NCBI GenBank assembly: GCA_036502265.1
Contig: DASXYW010000016.1
Span: 4,625 to 68,624 of the forward strand
Source of the DNA: Steroidobacteraceae bacterium
Lineage (GTDB): Bacteria; Pseudomonadota; Gammaproteobacteria; Steroidobacterales; Steroidobacteraceae
DNA: 64,000 nucleotides
Direction: 5' to 3'
Positions within the stretch are counted from its first letter, which is position 1. Every line of letters starts with the position of its first letter. The notes below the pieces were generated by a model, which saw only the letters and a program-made list of their open reading frames with translations, searched no databases and was not told where the DNA came from. A program made the translations under genes and the position numbers. Shown piece after piece: positions 17,408 to 26,627 of this stretch.

Positions 17408-19941
17408 CACCAGTCCTCGCGCACCGCGCGGATCGCCGTCTGGCTGGTGGCGGCGCGACCGCTCCAGCAGGCGCTGAGAGCGGCGGTCGCCATCAATCCC
17501 AGACCGAGCACCGCAAGCTGTCCCCATGGAATGATCAGGTCGATACTCCAGTGGAATGACTGGCGATTAACGACATACACCAGTATCAGGCTCAGCGCGC
17601 TGCCCAGCAGCAAGCCGTAGCACACCGACACGGCGCTCATCAGTAGGCCTTCGATTGCGAGCATCGACACGATCTGCCGCCGCAGCATGCCGAGGTGGCG
17701 CAGCATGCCGAACTGCGCGCGCCGCGCTAGGGCGAGCGAACTCGTGGCCACGGCAATGCCGACCAGGCCGATCAGCACCGCCACGGCCTCCAGGGCGTAA
17801 GTCACGGCAAAGGTTCGGTCGAACAGCCGCAGCGAGCGCGCCCGCAGTTGATCGCTGCCGCTCAGCTCGAGACCTTCGCCGAGATTCAGCGCGGCGCGAA
17901 TCTCGGCCGTGAGCATCGCTGCGCTCGCCGGCGGCCGCGTCCAGATCGAGGCTTCATTCGCTGCCGTGTCGCCCGTGTCGACGATGTAGTCGGCTCGCGA
18001 GATCACGATGGCGCCATCCGGGCGCACGTAATCGCGCCACACGCCGGCCACGAACACCGGCCGCAACTGTCCATCGATCGGCAGCTGCAGAGAGTCCCCT
18101 GGCCGATAACCGTACCGATCTTGCATGGCCTCGGAGACCCATACCGTCTGCGAAGCCGAATCGCCTCGCCGCGTGCTCGTGCCCACCAGCGGCAGCGAGT
18201 CGCCGGGCCGCCCGGCATCGATGTCGCGCGCGATCAGGGCCACCGGCGGCCGATCTTGCCGCAGCCACAGTTCGCGCACGCGGCGGAACTGCACGCGCTC
18301 GACGTCCGGCAACTGCGCGATGCGCTGCTGCTGTTGGGCCGACAGACTGCCGGTGTCGCTGTCGACGCTGCGCAGCAACTGCACATCGGCCGGCAGCAGC
18401 CTCGCCAGCCACAGATCGAATGAGCTGCGGAACGAATGCACCATGATGGCCATCGCGACCATCAAGCTGAAGCTGACCACGATGGTGCCCAGACTGACGC
18501 TGGACAGGGCTGCGCTGCCCGCGAGCTGCGCGATCGCGGTGTCCAGGGGTACGTGACCGGTGTGGGTCGCGCCGCGCAACAGGCGCCGCAGAAGATAGGG
18601 CAGCAGCAAGACCGCGCCGGCGAGCACTGCGGCGATCGACAGGTAGCCCGCCACCGGCACGCCGCGCACCGATGGCAGATAAGCGAGCAGCGCGCCGAGC
18701 GCCAGCGCTGTTAATCCGGGCCGGGCCGTAGACAGCTGGCGCAGCGCCGGTTCCACATCGCCGGCCTTTAGAGCCAGAGCCGGTGATCGACGCACTGCCT
18801 CGCGGGCCGGCAGCCACGCGCCCAGGCCGGCTGTGAGCGTGCCGATCGCCAGGAATGCGATGAACTCGAGCGGGCCCGGGGCGAGCGCGATGCGGCCGGT
18901 GCTCAGCGCGCGATTGCCCAGGCCACCGCCGAGGCTGTGCAGAACCAGCCCGGCCAGGAGCGCACCCAACAGGCAGCCGATGACCGAACCTGCCAGCCCG
19001 AGCGCCGCGCCCTCGGCCAGTAGCGCGCGACGCAGCTGAGCGCGTGTGACACCCAGCGCGCGCAGCAGCCCCAAGGTCTGGCGGCGACGCAGCACCGCCA
19101 GCGACTGGGTGGAGAAGACCAGGAACGCTCCGGTGAGCAGCGCCACCAGGGCCAGCATCTCGAGGTTAACGCGATAGGCGCGCGTCGCCGACACCGCTCG
19201 ATCCTGTTCGATCGGCGCGCTGACCGCGACCACGCCGGGCGGCAGTCGTCGCGCGAGTTGCGATCCAAATGCATTGGGCGAGACGCCCGCTCGAAGCTGC
19301 AGGTCGATGCGGTTGATGTGCCCGACGCGCTCAAAGCTCCACTGTGCGGTGGCGATGTCCATGATGCCGAGCGCTTCCGGGTAGACGCTGTCGGGCAGGA
19401 TCGCCACCACCCGCAAGGGAAGCGTGGTATCGCCGACCAGCACCGGCAGGAAATCCGCGCGCTGCACTCGCAGGCGCTGGGCCGCCGCACGACTCAGCGC
19501 GATCGTATCGCGCGCAAACAGGCCGGTGATGTCGGCGCCCAGGGCGGCGGCGAGGGCCGGCTGCAGGCTGCCGGCGCGAAACACGTCCAGGGCCATCAGC
19601 TTGAGCGGCGCCCGACGAGCGGGCAGCGTCAGATCCAGCTCCAGCATCGGGCTGGCGGCGGCCACCTGGGAATCGTGCGCCAGCTGCACGTAGAGTTTCT
19701 CGTCGAAACCCTCTGGCGCACCGCGCACCACCACATCGGCGCTGCCGATCAAACGGCGAGCGGCCTGATCGAACTCCGCCAGGGCCGCGGCATTGATCAG
19801 AAACACCGCACTACCGAGCGCGACGCCCAGGGCAATGGCCGCCGCCGCGGCGATCATGGACAACGGGCGCTCGCGCCACTGCGCCCGGGTCAGCACCTGC
19901 CATGACAGGCGCAGGCCGGCAACCGCGAGCTCGCCGGTCAC
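17407..19941 (-). CDS. ABC transporter permease, fused double FtsX/MacB-type (AttF/AttG-like)
   Basis: 844 aa containing two FtsX-like 4-TM modules, each preceded by a large extracytoplasmic domain. It has a 4-nt overlap with the ATPase gene. Confidence 0.8.
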   Translation of the reverse strand: MTGELAVAGLRLSWQVLTRAQWRERPLSMIAAAAAIALGVALGSAVFLINAAALAEFDQAARRLIGSADVVVRGAPEGFDEKLYVQLAHDSQVAAASPMLELDLTLPARRAPLKLMALDVFRAGSLQPALAAALGADITGLFARDTIALSRAAAQRLRVQRADFLPVLVGDTTLPLRVVAILPDSVYPEALGIMDIATAQWSFERVGHINRIDLQLRAGVSPNAFGSQLARRLPPGVVAVSAPIEQDRAVSATRAYRVNLEMLALVALLTGAFLVFSTQSLAVLRRRQTLGLLRALGVTRAQLRRALLAEGAALGLAGSVIGCLLGALLAGLVLHSLGGGLGNRALSTGRIALAPGPLEFIAFLAIGTLTAGLGAWLPAREAVRRSPALALKAGDVEPALRQLSTARPGLTALALGALLAYLPSVRGVPVAGYLSIAAVLAGAVLLLPYLLRRLLRGATHTGHVPLDTAIAQLAGSAALSSVSLGTIVVSFSLMVAMAIMVHSFRSSFDLWLARLLPADVQLLRSVDSDTGSLSAQQQQRIAQLPDVERVQFRRVRELWLRQDRPPVALIARDIDAGRPGDSLPLVGTSTRRGDSASQTVWVSEAMQDRYGYRPGDSLQLPIDGQLRPVFVAGVWRDYVRPDGAIVISRADYIVDTGDTAANEASIWTRPPASAAMLTAEIRAALNLGEGLELSGSDQLRARSLRLFDRTFAVTYALEAVAVLIGLVGIAVATSSLALARRAQFGMLRHLGMLRRQIVSMLAIEGLLMSAVSVCYGLLLGSALSLILVYVVNRQSFHWSIDLIIPWGQLAVLGLGLMATAALSACWSGRAATSQTAIRAVREDW

Positions 19942-20654
19942 CGGCCGCTCGCGCCGGGAGCTAGCAGCCGCCCGGCAGTGAGCTGCAACATGCGGTCGGC
20001 GCCGGCGGCGGCCGCGGCCGAGTGCGTGATCAGGATCGCAGCGCAGCCGCTGTCGCGCTGCTGTTGGCGCAGCACACTCAGGACTTGTTGGGCCGAGCCG
20101 GCATCCAGATTGCCGGTGGGCTCATCGGCCAGCAGTAGCGCCGGGCGGTGCACCAGTGCGCGCGCGATGGCCACCCGCTGCAGCTCACCACCCGACAGTT
20201 CGCGCGCATAGCGCTCCGCCAGGGCATCGACACCACAGCCAGCCAGCACCTGCATGCAGCGCTCGCGTCGCTCCGGATCGCGCACCCCCAGAAGGTCGAG
20301 CGGCAGGGCGACATTCTGCAGCACGCTCAAGTAGGGCAGGACATGGAATGCCTGATAGATGAAGCCGACGTTGGCGCGGCGCCAGAGCGTGATTGCATCA
20401 TCCGGCAGCGCGCTCAGATCGAGGCCGTCGAACAGGATGCGGCCTTGATCGGGGCGGTCCAGGCCGGCGATGAGATTCAGCAGCGTCGACTTGCCCGAGC
20501 CCGATTCACCCATGATGGCCAGATACTCGCTGCGCGCCAGCTGCAGCGACAATCCTTCGAGCACCGCCGCCCCATCCGGGCGATAGCGCTTGCCGATGTC
20601 ATCCAGCACCAGCAACGCGAAACTGTCGGACACCGGTGCCACCGCTGCGATCAA
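19938..20654 (-). CDS. ABC transporter ATP-binding protein (LolD/MacB-type, AttE-like)
   Basis: Walker A (GESGSGKST), ABC signature (LSGGELQRVAIARAL) and Walker B (LLLADEPTGNLD) are present. Confidence 0.9.
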   Translation of the reverse strand: MIAAVAPVSDSFALLVLDDIGKRYRPDGAAVLEGLSLQLARSEYLAIMGESGSGKSTLLNLIAGLDRPDQGRILFDGLDLSALPDDAITLWRRANVGFIYQAFHVLPYLSVLQNVALPLDLLGVRDPERRERCMQVLAGCGVDALAERYARELSGGELQRVAIARALVHRPALLLADEPTGNLDAGSAQQVLSVLRQQQRDSGCAAILITHSAAAAAGADRMLQLTAGRLLAPGASGR

Positions 20655-21445
20655 TCACGCCGCGGGAACCACGGTATGAAGGCGCTGGTGCGCCGCTGAT
20701 AGTCGACGAACGCCGCACCCTTGCTTTGCAGCGACAATTCCTCAGTCAACGGAATGCCGGTGACGCACAGCAGGATATAGAGCATCAGGGCCGGGCAGTA
20801 CAGCGACACCCAGCCCCACGGCGAGCCAAGTGCAAACACCCAGAACGCCGCCCACATCAGCCATTCGAAAAAATAATTCGGGTGACGCGAGTAGCGCCAC
20901 AGACCGCTTTGACACACGCCAGAGCGCTGCGCTGGGTCGGCCTTAAAGCGCTGCAGCTGCGCATCAGCCAGACTCTCACCGGCGAGCGCCAACAGCCACA
21001 GCCCAGCGCCGGCCAGCTCGACCGGTTGCAGCGACGGGTGTGGATTCACGCAGACCAGCAGCCAGGGCAGCGACAGCAGCGCCAGCAGCGCGCCCTGCAG
21101 CTGAAAGAATTCGAACAGGCGCCGATTGACCCTGGGACCCCACTCGCTGCGCAGGCGCGCATAGCGGCGATCCTCGTGCGGATGCTGCGCTCGCACGCGC
21201 CGGTACAGATGGATCCCGAGCCGCAGACTCCACAGCACCACCAGGGCGGCGATCAACAGGCGACGCGCGAGCGCGCCGTTGGCAGCCAGCGCGTAGAACA
21301 CGACTACCGGTGCAAAGCCGGCGGCCCAGGCGATATCCACGATGCCGGCATTACCGATCCGCACGGCCATGGCCCAGATCACCGTCATCAGTGCCAGCGC
21401 GAACAGCAGCGCCAGCAACCATAGCTGCAACACCTCAGCGAACAT
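20651..21445 (-). CDS. DUF1295 membrane protein (steroid 5-alpha-reductase / ICMT-like superfamily)
   Basis: 264 aa, multi-TM, with the characteristic GLWRYSRHPNYFFEWLMW motif. Confidence 0.75.
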   Translation of the reverse strand: MFAEVLQLWLLALLFALALMTVIWAMAVRIGNAGIVDIAWAAGFAPVVVFYALAANGALARRLLIAALVVLWSLRLGIHLYRRVRAQHPHEDRRYARLRSEWGPRVNRRLFEFFQLQGALLALLSLPWLLVCVNPHPSLQPVELAGAGLWLLALAGESLADAQLQRFKADPAQRSGVCQSGLWRYSRHPNYFFEWLMWAAFWVFALGSPWGWVSLYCPALMLYILLCVTGIPLTEELSLQSKGAAFVDYQRRTSAFIPWFPRRD

Positions 21446-21956
21446 CGGGCGCGATGCCGGTGCGCGAGCGCGCCAGACGACGCAGCGGCGGCAGAAAGGC
21501 CAGGTACACCACCACGGCGATCAGCGGTGCGATCAGCAGCCATGCCAGCACCGCGCGCACCCCGGTCATGCCGAACTGCTGCAGAAACTGCAGCGGCGCG
21601 GCGCGAAACTGCTGCACCAGCCCGCTAATCGAAAACGCTACCGGCGGGCTGCCGGTGAGCCGCTCGCCGACCCGCACATACAGGTAGATTCCCGGCAGCT
21701 GCAATGGGAAGGCCGCCCAGTTAACCAGTTGCATGATGGCCTGGTTAAGCCCCAGGCAGATGCTCACCAGCACACACAGTGCAGTGGTGGTGCCGAGAAT
21801 CGGAAATGTGCTCAGGATCACGCCGAGCGCGACGGTGAGCGAAATCTTTTCCGGTGTAATGCCCTGACGCAGCTGCGCCAGCAGCACATCCTGCAGGCGC
21901 CGCCGCCAGCTGCGGCGCACGGTCGCGAGCTGCTCGGTGGCCGACGGCAATCTCAC
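21435..21956 (-). CDS. DUF2062 membrane protein
   Basis: This is the C-terminal third of track ORF 21435..22478 (QGITPEKISLTVALGVILSTFPILGTTTALCVL...). The proposed start GTG 21956 overlaps the DUF1475 stop (GTGA). The upstream part of the long ORF overlaps two better-supported genes. Confidence 0.6.
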   Translation of the reverse strand: MRLPSATEQLATVRRSWRRRLQDVLLAQLRQGITPEKISLTVALGVILSTFPILGTTTALCVLVSICLGLNQAIMQLVNWAAFPLQLPGIYLYVRVGERLTGSPPVAFSISGLVQQFRAAPLQFLQQFGMTGVRAVLAWLLIAPLIAVVVYLAFLPPLRRLARSRTGIAPDVR

Positions 21957-22309
21957 GCACGCTGCCGCAACAGCAGACGCTCCATCGGGGCGCTTGGCGG
22001 CAGCCGCCACAAAAGTCGCAGCATGTAGCTGGCCATAGCGATATTGCCGAGCGCCAGGATCGCGATCAGCCACAGGATGCGCGCCGACCACGCGCGCTCG
22101 CGATAGGCCACCCATAGATAAAAGGTAAGAAAGCCGAAATAGCAGTCGAACAGCGTGGCAATGAACCACGGATGCGCCACCAGCGCGCGCGCAGTCTGCC
22201 ACAGCGGCACCAGCGCACTGGCCCACCCGGTCACGCACAGCATCGCGATCAGCACCCCACTGAAGGCCGCGCGTAACAGCCAGATCACAGGCCGCTCCAC
22301 TTCGAGCAC
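21953..22309 (-). CDS. DUF1475 small membrane protein
   Basis: 118 aa with 3-4 TM segments (PWFIATLFDCYFGFLTFYLWVAYRE). The family assignment is from memory. Confidence 0.5.
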   Translation of the reverse strand: MLEVERPVIWLLRAAFSGVLIAMLCVTGWASALVPLWQTARALVAHPWFIATLFDCYFGFLTFYLWVAYRERAWSARILWLIAILALGNIAMASYMLRLLWRLPPSAPMERLLLRQRA

Positions 22310-22590
22310 CAGCCGGCGGCCTTGACCAGTTTGCCGGGAAACAACGAGCAGCTGCCCCGATCGGCGCCGGCGGAGCCATACAGCGAGCAGTTGGAGCAGT
22401 CAGCGCCCGACTCGGCACCCTTGGCGCGCTTGGCATCCTCCACGTACTGCACCGCCTTGGCGGCAGGATCCTGCTCACTGATCAACGCCGCAGCGGCGCC
22501 CTGTGCCACGCGTTCATCGAGCAGCAGCGACAGGCCCACTGCCAGGCGCTGCAACAGGACACGCCGCTCGGGACTTTCAGGTGCGCTCAT
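22285..22590 (-). CDS. High-potential iron-sulfur protein (HiPIP), Tat-exported
   Basis: 101 aa. Twin-arginine leader (PERRVLLQRLAVG). Four-Cys pattern CSNC...GSC...GWCSKW. The VQYVEDA motif is typical of HiPIPs. Confidence 0.75.
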   Translation of the reverse strand: MSAPESPERRVLLQRLAVGLSLLLDERVAQGAAAALISEQDPAAKAVQYVEDAKRAKGAESGADCSNCSLYGSAGADRGSCSLFPGKLVKAAGWCSKWSGL

Positions 22591-23590
22591 GGCTCGACTC
22601 CGCCGTGGAACTCGGCATCTGCAGCACGATCTTACCGATGTGGCGGCTGCTTTCCATCAAACGATGGGCCTCGGCGACTTGCTGCAGCGGAAAGCTCGCG
22701 TGCAAATGGGTGCGGATCGTACCGGCATTGAAGCCGGGCCAGACATCGCGCGCCAGCGCATCCCGGATCGCGGCTTTTTCCTTGATCGAGCGCGGCCGCA
22801 TGGTCGAACCGGTGATACGCAGGCGCTTGAGCATGACCGGCAGCAGATCCAGTTCGCTGCGACTGCCCTGCAGGAAGGCGATACACACCAGGCGGCCGTC
22901 GCGGCGCAGGAGCCCGATATTCCTGGCGCTGTAGCCCCCGCCCACCATATCGAGCACCACATCCACGCCCTGACCGCCGGTGAACGCTTGCACCCGCTGC
23001 ACGAAGTCCTCGGTGCGATAGTTGATGGCGTCCGCGGCGCCGAAGTCGCGACAGAAGCGTACTTTCTCGTCACTGCCGACCGTGACGATAGGCTGCGCCC
23101 CGATGAGACGCGCCAGCTGGATGGCGGCCAGTCCGATCCCGCTCGAGCCACCGTGAACCAGAACGCGCTCATCGCGGCACATACCGGCAAGATCGATCAG
23201 ATTTGCCCACACCGTAAACCAGTTTTCCGGCAGGCCGGCCGCTTCGGCGAGGCTCAGACCGGAGGGAATCGGCAGCGCATGCCCCGCCGGAGCCACGCAG
23301 TATTCAGCATAGCCACCGCCGGGAACGAGCGCGCACACGCGATCGCCGATGCGCCACTGCGCTGCGCCCGTGCCAAGCGCCACCACACGGCCGGCCACCT
23401 CCAGGCCGAGCACCGGCGAGGCGCCAGGGGGCGGTGGATAGTGGCCCATGCGTTGCGCCACGTCCGGCCGGTTCACACCGGCGTAATGCACCTCGATCAG
23501 GATCTCGCCGGCGGCCGCGCTCGGGCGCGGTCCTTCGGCTATCCGCAATGTTTCCGGTGTGCCCGGCGGGCCATAGTCGATGTATTTCAT
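22577..23590 (-). CDS. NAD(P)H:quinone oxidoreductase (MDR superfamily, PIG3/Qor type)
   Basis: 337 aa with a nucleotide-binding motif (VLVHGGSSGIGLAAIQ) and an N-terminal GroES-like domain (EILIEVHYAGVNRPD). Confidence 0.85.
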   Translation of the reverse strand: MKYIDYGPPGTPETLRIAEGPRPSAAAGEILIEVHYAGVNRPDVAQRMGHYPPPPGASPVLGLEVAGRVVALGTGAAQWRIGDRVCALVPGGGYAEYCVAPAGHALPIPSGLSLAEAAGLPENWFTVWANLIDLAGMCRDERVLVHGGSSGIGLAAIQLARLIGAQPIVTVGSDEKVRFCRDFGAADAINYRTEDFVQRVQAFTGGQGVDVVLDMVGGGYSARNIGLLRRDGRLVCIAFLQGSRSELDLLPVMLKRLRITGSTMRPRSIKEKAAIRDALARDVWPGFNAGTIRTHLHASFPLQQVAEAHRLMESSRHIGKIVLQMPSSTAESSHERT

Positions 23591-23658
23591 CGGCCGATGA
23601 TTCCAGTGCGGCGTCGAATTGACAATGCGCGCCTTGGCGTGCCCACAGGCGAGCTGCG

Positions 23659-24096
23659 GTGCTAAGTCCCAACGCTGCCGATGAATTGTTGGCGATCAGT
23701 GGCATGTCGCGTCGTGAAGCTGAGGCGCTGGTGACCGCCGCCTATCGGCACCAGGGCTATCAGCTGGCTGAAGGCTCCCGCGGGCAGGCTAATTGCGACG
23801 ATGGCGTGCTGATGACGCACGCCAAGCAGCGGCTGCTGGTCCAATGCAAGCATTGGAAGGCGCGCAAGATCACCGAAGCCGCGGTACGCGAGATGTATGG
23901 GGCGATGGCGGCGCAGGATGCCAGCGCCGGCATTCTCATTTCCTGCGGCAGCATCACGCTGGGGGCCAGCCGCTTGGCCGGTTTCGGGCACATCCAGCTG
24001 GTCGGTGGCCCGAAACTGGTGGCGCTGCTGCGCATCCAGCCGGTTCCCAGCCACGCGGCCGAGCCGGCTGCGCGCGGCGGCTCAAACGCGCGCTAG
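23659..24096 (+). CDS. Mrr-type restriction-endonuclease catalytic domain protein (short, probably an N-terminally truncated remnant)
   Basis: 145 aa with a GTG start. PD-(D/E)xK-like core (CDDGVLM...LLVQCKHWKARKI...VREMYG...GILISCGSIT). Full-length relatives carry an additional N-terminal region that is absent here. Confidence 0.5.
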   Translation: MLSPNAADELLAISGMSRREAEALVTAAYRHQGYQLAEGSRGQANCDDGVLMTHAKQRLLVQCKHWKARKITEAAVREMYGAMAAQDASAGILISCGSITLGASRLAGFGHIQLVGGPKLVALLRIQPVPSHAAEPAARGGSNAR

Positions 24097-24115
24097 CTGC
24101 CGAACCCGCCGCCGA

Positions 24116-25168
24116 TCACGGCCTAGCCTCTAGCACCATATTGAATGCCGTTTCGGCTGCGCGCCGAAAGCGCGTGAATCCGCCATCCTCGATCACAACC
24201 TTGCGCAGGCGTTGCTCACCCGCCTGGGCTCCGAGCGCCGGCCCGCGTCGGGCGAGCGAGACCGGCACGCAGATCAGTGAGGATGCGCCGTAGTAGACTC
24301 GTCCGACCGGATTGAGATTGTCCTCCACCTGATCGCCGGCCATTGGCTCGACGATCATGCAGACACCGTCGGAATTCAGTGCCTCGCGTGCATGCCGTGC
24401 GGCCCCTGAAGGGTCCGCCATGTCGTGCAGACAGTCGAAGAAGGCGATGAAATCCAAATCTTTCTGGCGATAAGAGACCGCGTCTGCGGCTTCGAATCGC
24501 ACGTTGGTCACGCCAGCATCCGCCGCCCGCTTGCGAGCAGTCTGTATCGAAGCATCGTGATAGTCGATGCCGACGAACTCTGATTTTGGAAAGGCCTTGG
24601 CCATCAGCAGGGTGCTGGCACCATGACCACAGCCGATATCGGCTGCACGTGCCCCGCGCGCAAGCTTCTGGGTGACACCGTCCAGCGACGGCAGCCACGC
24701 CTCGAGCAGGTGCGCGTTGTAACCGGCGCGGAAGAAGCGCTCGGTGCCGTGAAACAGGCACGGGTGATGCTCGCCCCATTCCATGCCCTTGCCTGTCCGG
24801 AAGTTGTCGAGCGCGCGCTGCTTGATATGAAACAGATCCTCGACAATCGAATAGGCTCCGGCGAGATCGACCGGCCCATTGGGATTGGCGAGGCAAAGCG
24901 CTTGCTCTTCGCTGAGGGAATATTTTGCGCTGGTGGCATCGTACTGTGCGTAGCCTCCAGCCGCCTGATTGGCCAGCCATTCACGAATGTAGCGCTCATT
25001 GGTGCTGGTGCGCGCCGCCAGTTCGCGTGCGGTGAGGGGACCCTTGGCCAGTTCTCGGTACAGCCCGAGCTCATCACCGAGCAGGATCAATACAGCGCTG
25101 ATCGCCGCGCCAAGATCTCCAACCGCTTTACCCAAAAACGCATTCAGCCTGTCTTCACTGATGGCCAT
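24116..25168 (-). CDS. SAM-dependent methyltransferase with N-terminal winged-helix-like domain
   Basis: 350 aa. Motif I is ADIGCGHGAST. The N-terminal 100 aa (LGLYRELAKGPLTARELAARTSTNERYIREWL) resemble the dimerisation/wHTH domain of small-molecule methyltransferases. No DNA-MTase DPPY/NPPY motif was seen. Confidence 0.7.
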   Translation of the reverse strand: MAISEDRLNAFLGKAVGDLGAAISAVLILLGDELGLYRELAKGPLTARELAARTSTNERYIREWLANQAAGGYAQYDATSAKYSLSEEQALCLANPNGPVDLAGAYSIVEDLFHIKQRALDNFRTGKGMEWGEHHPCLFHGTERFFRAGYNAHLLEAWLPSLDGVTQKLARGARAADIGCGHGASTLLMAKAFPKSEFVGIDYHDASIQTARKRAADAGVTNVRFEAADAVSYRQKDLDFIAFFDCLHDMADPSGAARHAREALNSDGVCMIVEPMAGDQVEDNLNPVGRVYYGASSLICVPVSLARRGPALGAQAGEQRLRKVVIEDGGFTRFRRAAETAFNMVLEARP

Positions 25169-25235
25169 GATTGAACTCTCCTTGGCTCAAGTGAACTGCG
25201 CTGTAGTTGCTTCCGAGACGTGCGAAGGTTTGGTG

Positions 25236-26552
25236 TCAGTGTAGCTTGAGACGCGGCCGCAGGATGCGGGCCACATGGCCAACAACGATCATTGCCGCCC
25301 CGCGCAGCCAGCCGTGAATCGCGAGCAGGTGCATGCGATACAGCGACATGTACACGAAGCGCGCCAGCCGACCTTCGATCGCCATGCGTCCGCCCACCAG
25401 ATTTCCCATCAGGCTGCCAACTGTCGAGTATCGGCTCAGTGACACCAGCGACCCGCGATCCACGTAGCGGTAGTTTTTCAGCGGCTGGCCGCGCATCAGC
25501 CGATCCAGGTTGGTCGCGATCGTGCTGGCCATCTGGTGCGCCGCCTGCGCGCGCGGCGGCACCGGGCGTTCGGAACCGGGCGGCACGCAATAACTGCAAT
25601 CCCCCATCGCAAAGATGCGCTCATCGCGGGTGGTCTGCAATGTCGGGCGCACCACCAGCTGGCACGAGGGCGTGGTCTCCAGTTCGTCGAACTGCCTGAG
25701 GATGTCGGGACCGCGCACGCCGGCTGCCCAGACCTTGACGTCGGCCGCGATCGATTCGCCTGATTGGGTGACGATTTGATCGGCGGTCACGCTGACCACG
25801 CGCGTGGCGGTCAGCACCCGTACTCCAAGTGCCTCGAGCTCCTCGCGCGCCGCTTCGGCCAGCCGCTCAGGCAGTACCGGCAGGATGCGATCGCTGGCCT
25901 CGATCAGTGTGACCTTAAGACGCGACTCGTCGAAATCCTCCAGTCCGTAGTAGCGCAGCGCCGAGGCGGCGTTGTAAAGCTCGGCGGCCAGCTCAACCCC
26001 GGTGGCCCCGGCCCCGACGATCGCCACGCGCACGAAGCTCTCGGCTTGCGGGTTCTGGCTCAGCGCGCGCGATGCGCGCAGACAGTGGTTCAGCAGCTTG
26101 TTGCGAAAGCGGTCGGCCTGGGCGCGATCATCGAGAAACAGGCAGTGTTCGGCCGCACCCGGGGTGCCAAAGTCGTTCGTGATCGAGCCGATCGCGATCA
26201 CCAGGTAATCGTAGCGCGTGCGATGCCGGCCGATGAGCTCGCGACCGTCCTCATCGACCAACGGGGCGACCACAATCTCGCGCGCGGCGCGATCGATGCT
26301 CTCCATCGCGCCATAGAAGAATCGGTAACCCCATCTGTGACAGTGGCTGCGGTAGCCGACCTCATCCAGGTTGGCGTCGAGCGATCCGGCCGCCACCTCG
26401 TGCAGCAGCGGCTTCCAGATGTGTGTCAGGTTCTTTTCCACCAGCAGCACGTCGTGCTCGCGGTCACCATAGCGGGCGCCCAATCGGGTGACCAGCTCGA
26501 GACCGCCTGCGCCACCGCCAACCACGACAATTTGGGTCTTTTTCCGCGTCAT
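25236..26552 (-). CDS. ndh: Type II NADH dehydrogenase (NDH-2)
   Basis: 438 aa with two dinucleotide-binding motifs (IVVVGGGAGGLE and VAIVGAGATGVELAAEL). Confidence 0.85.
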   Translation of the reverse strand: MTRKKTQIVVVGGGAGGLELVTRLGARYGDREHDVLLVEKNLTHIWKPLLHEVAAGSLDANLDEVGYRSHCHRWGYRFFYGAMESIDRAAREIVVAPLVDEDGRELIGRHRTRYDYLVIAIGSITNDFGTPGAAEHCLFLDDRAQADRFRNKLLNHCLRASRALSQNPQAESFVRVAIVGAGATGVELAAELYNAASALRYYGLEDFDESRLKVTLIEASDRILPVLPERLAEAAREELEALGVRVLTATRVVSVTADQIVTQSGESIAADVKVWAAGVRGPDILRQFDELETTPSCQLVVRPTLQTTRDERIFAMGDCSYCVPPGSERPVPPRAQAAHQMASTIATNLDRLMRGQPLKNYRYVDRGSLVSLSRYSTVGSLMGNLVGGRMAIEGRLARFVYMSLYRMHLLAIHGWLRGAAMIVVGHVARILRPRLKLH

Positions 26553-26627
26553 TGTGTATCTATGTTAGCGCGATTCCGCAATTCAAGAGATCCCCGCGGC
26601 TGCCGAACAGAGGTCTATAATTGCCGC

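Noticed and set aside
21435-22478. The 347-aa ORF treated as one gene.
   Set aside because: Its N-terminal two-thirds overlap the better-supported DUF1475 and HiPIP genes in other frames. Only the C-terminal part, about 173 codons, shows DUF2062-like membrane sequence.
23659-25168. The Mrr-like nuclease plus adjacent methyltransferase as a restriction-modification system.
   Set aside because: The genes are convergent. The methyltransferase has a small-molecule-type architecture (wHTH-like N-domain, no DPPY/NPPY or DNA-MTase target-recognition features). The nuclease ORF looks truncated.
25764-26627. The first two-thirds of the 436-aa plus-strand ORF 25764..27074.
   Set aside because: It runs antisense to the well-supported ndh gene and has Arg/Ala/Gly-rich, motif-free sequence typical of high-GC shadow ORFs. 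Only the last 148 codons (from ATG 26628) form a recognisable NfeD protein.
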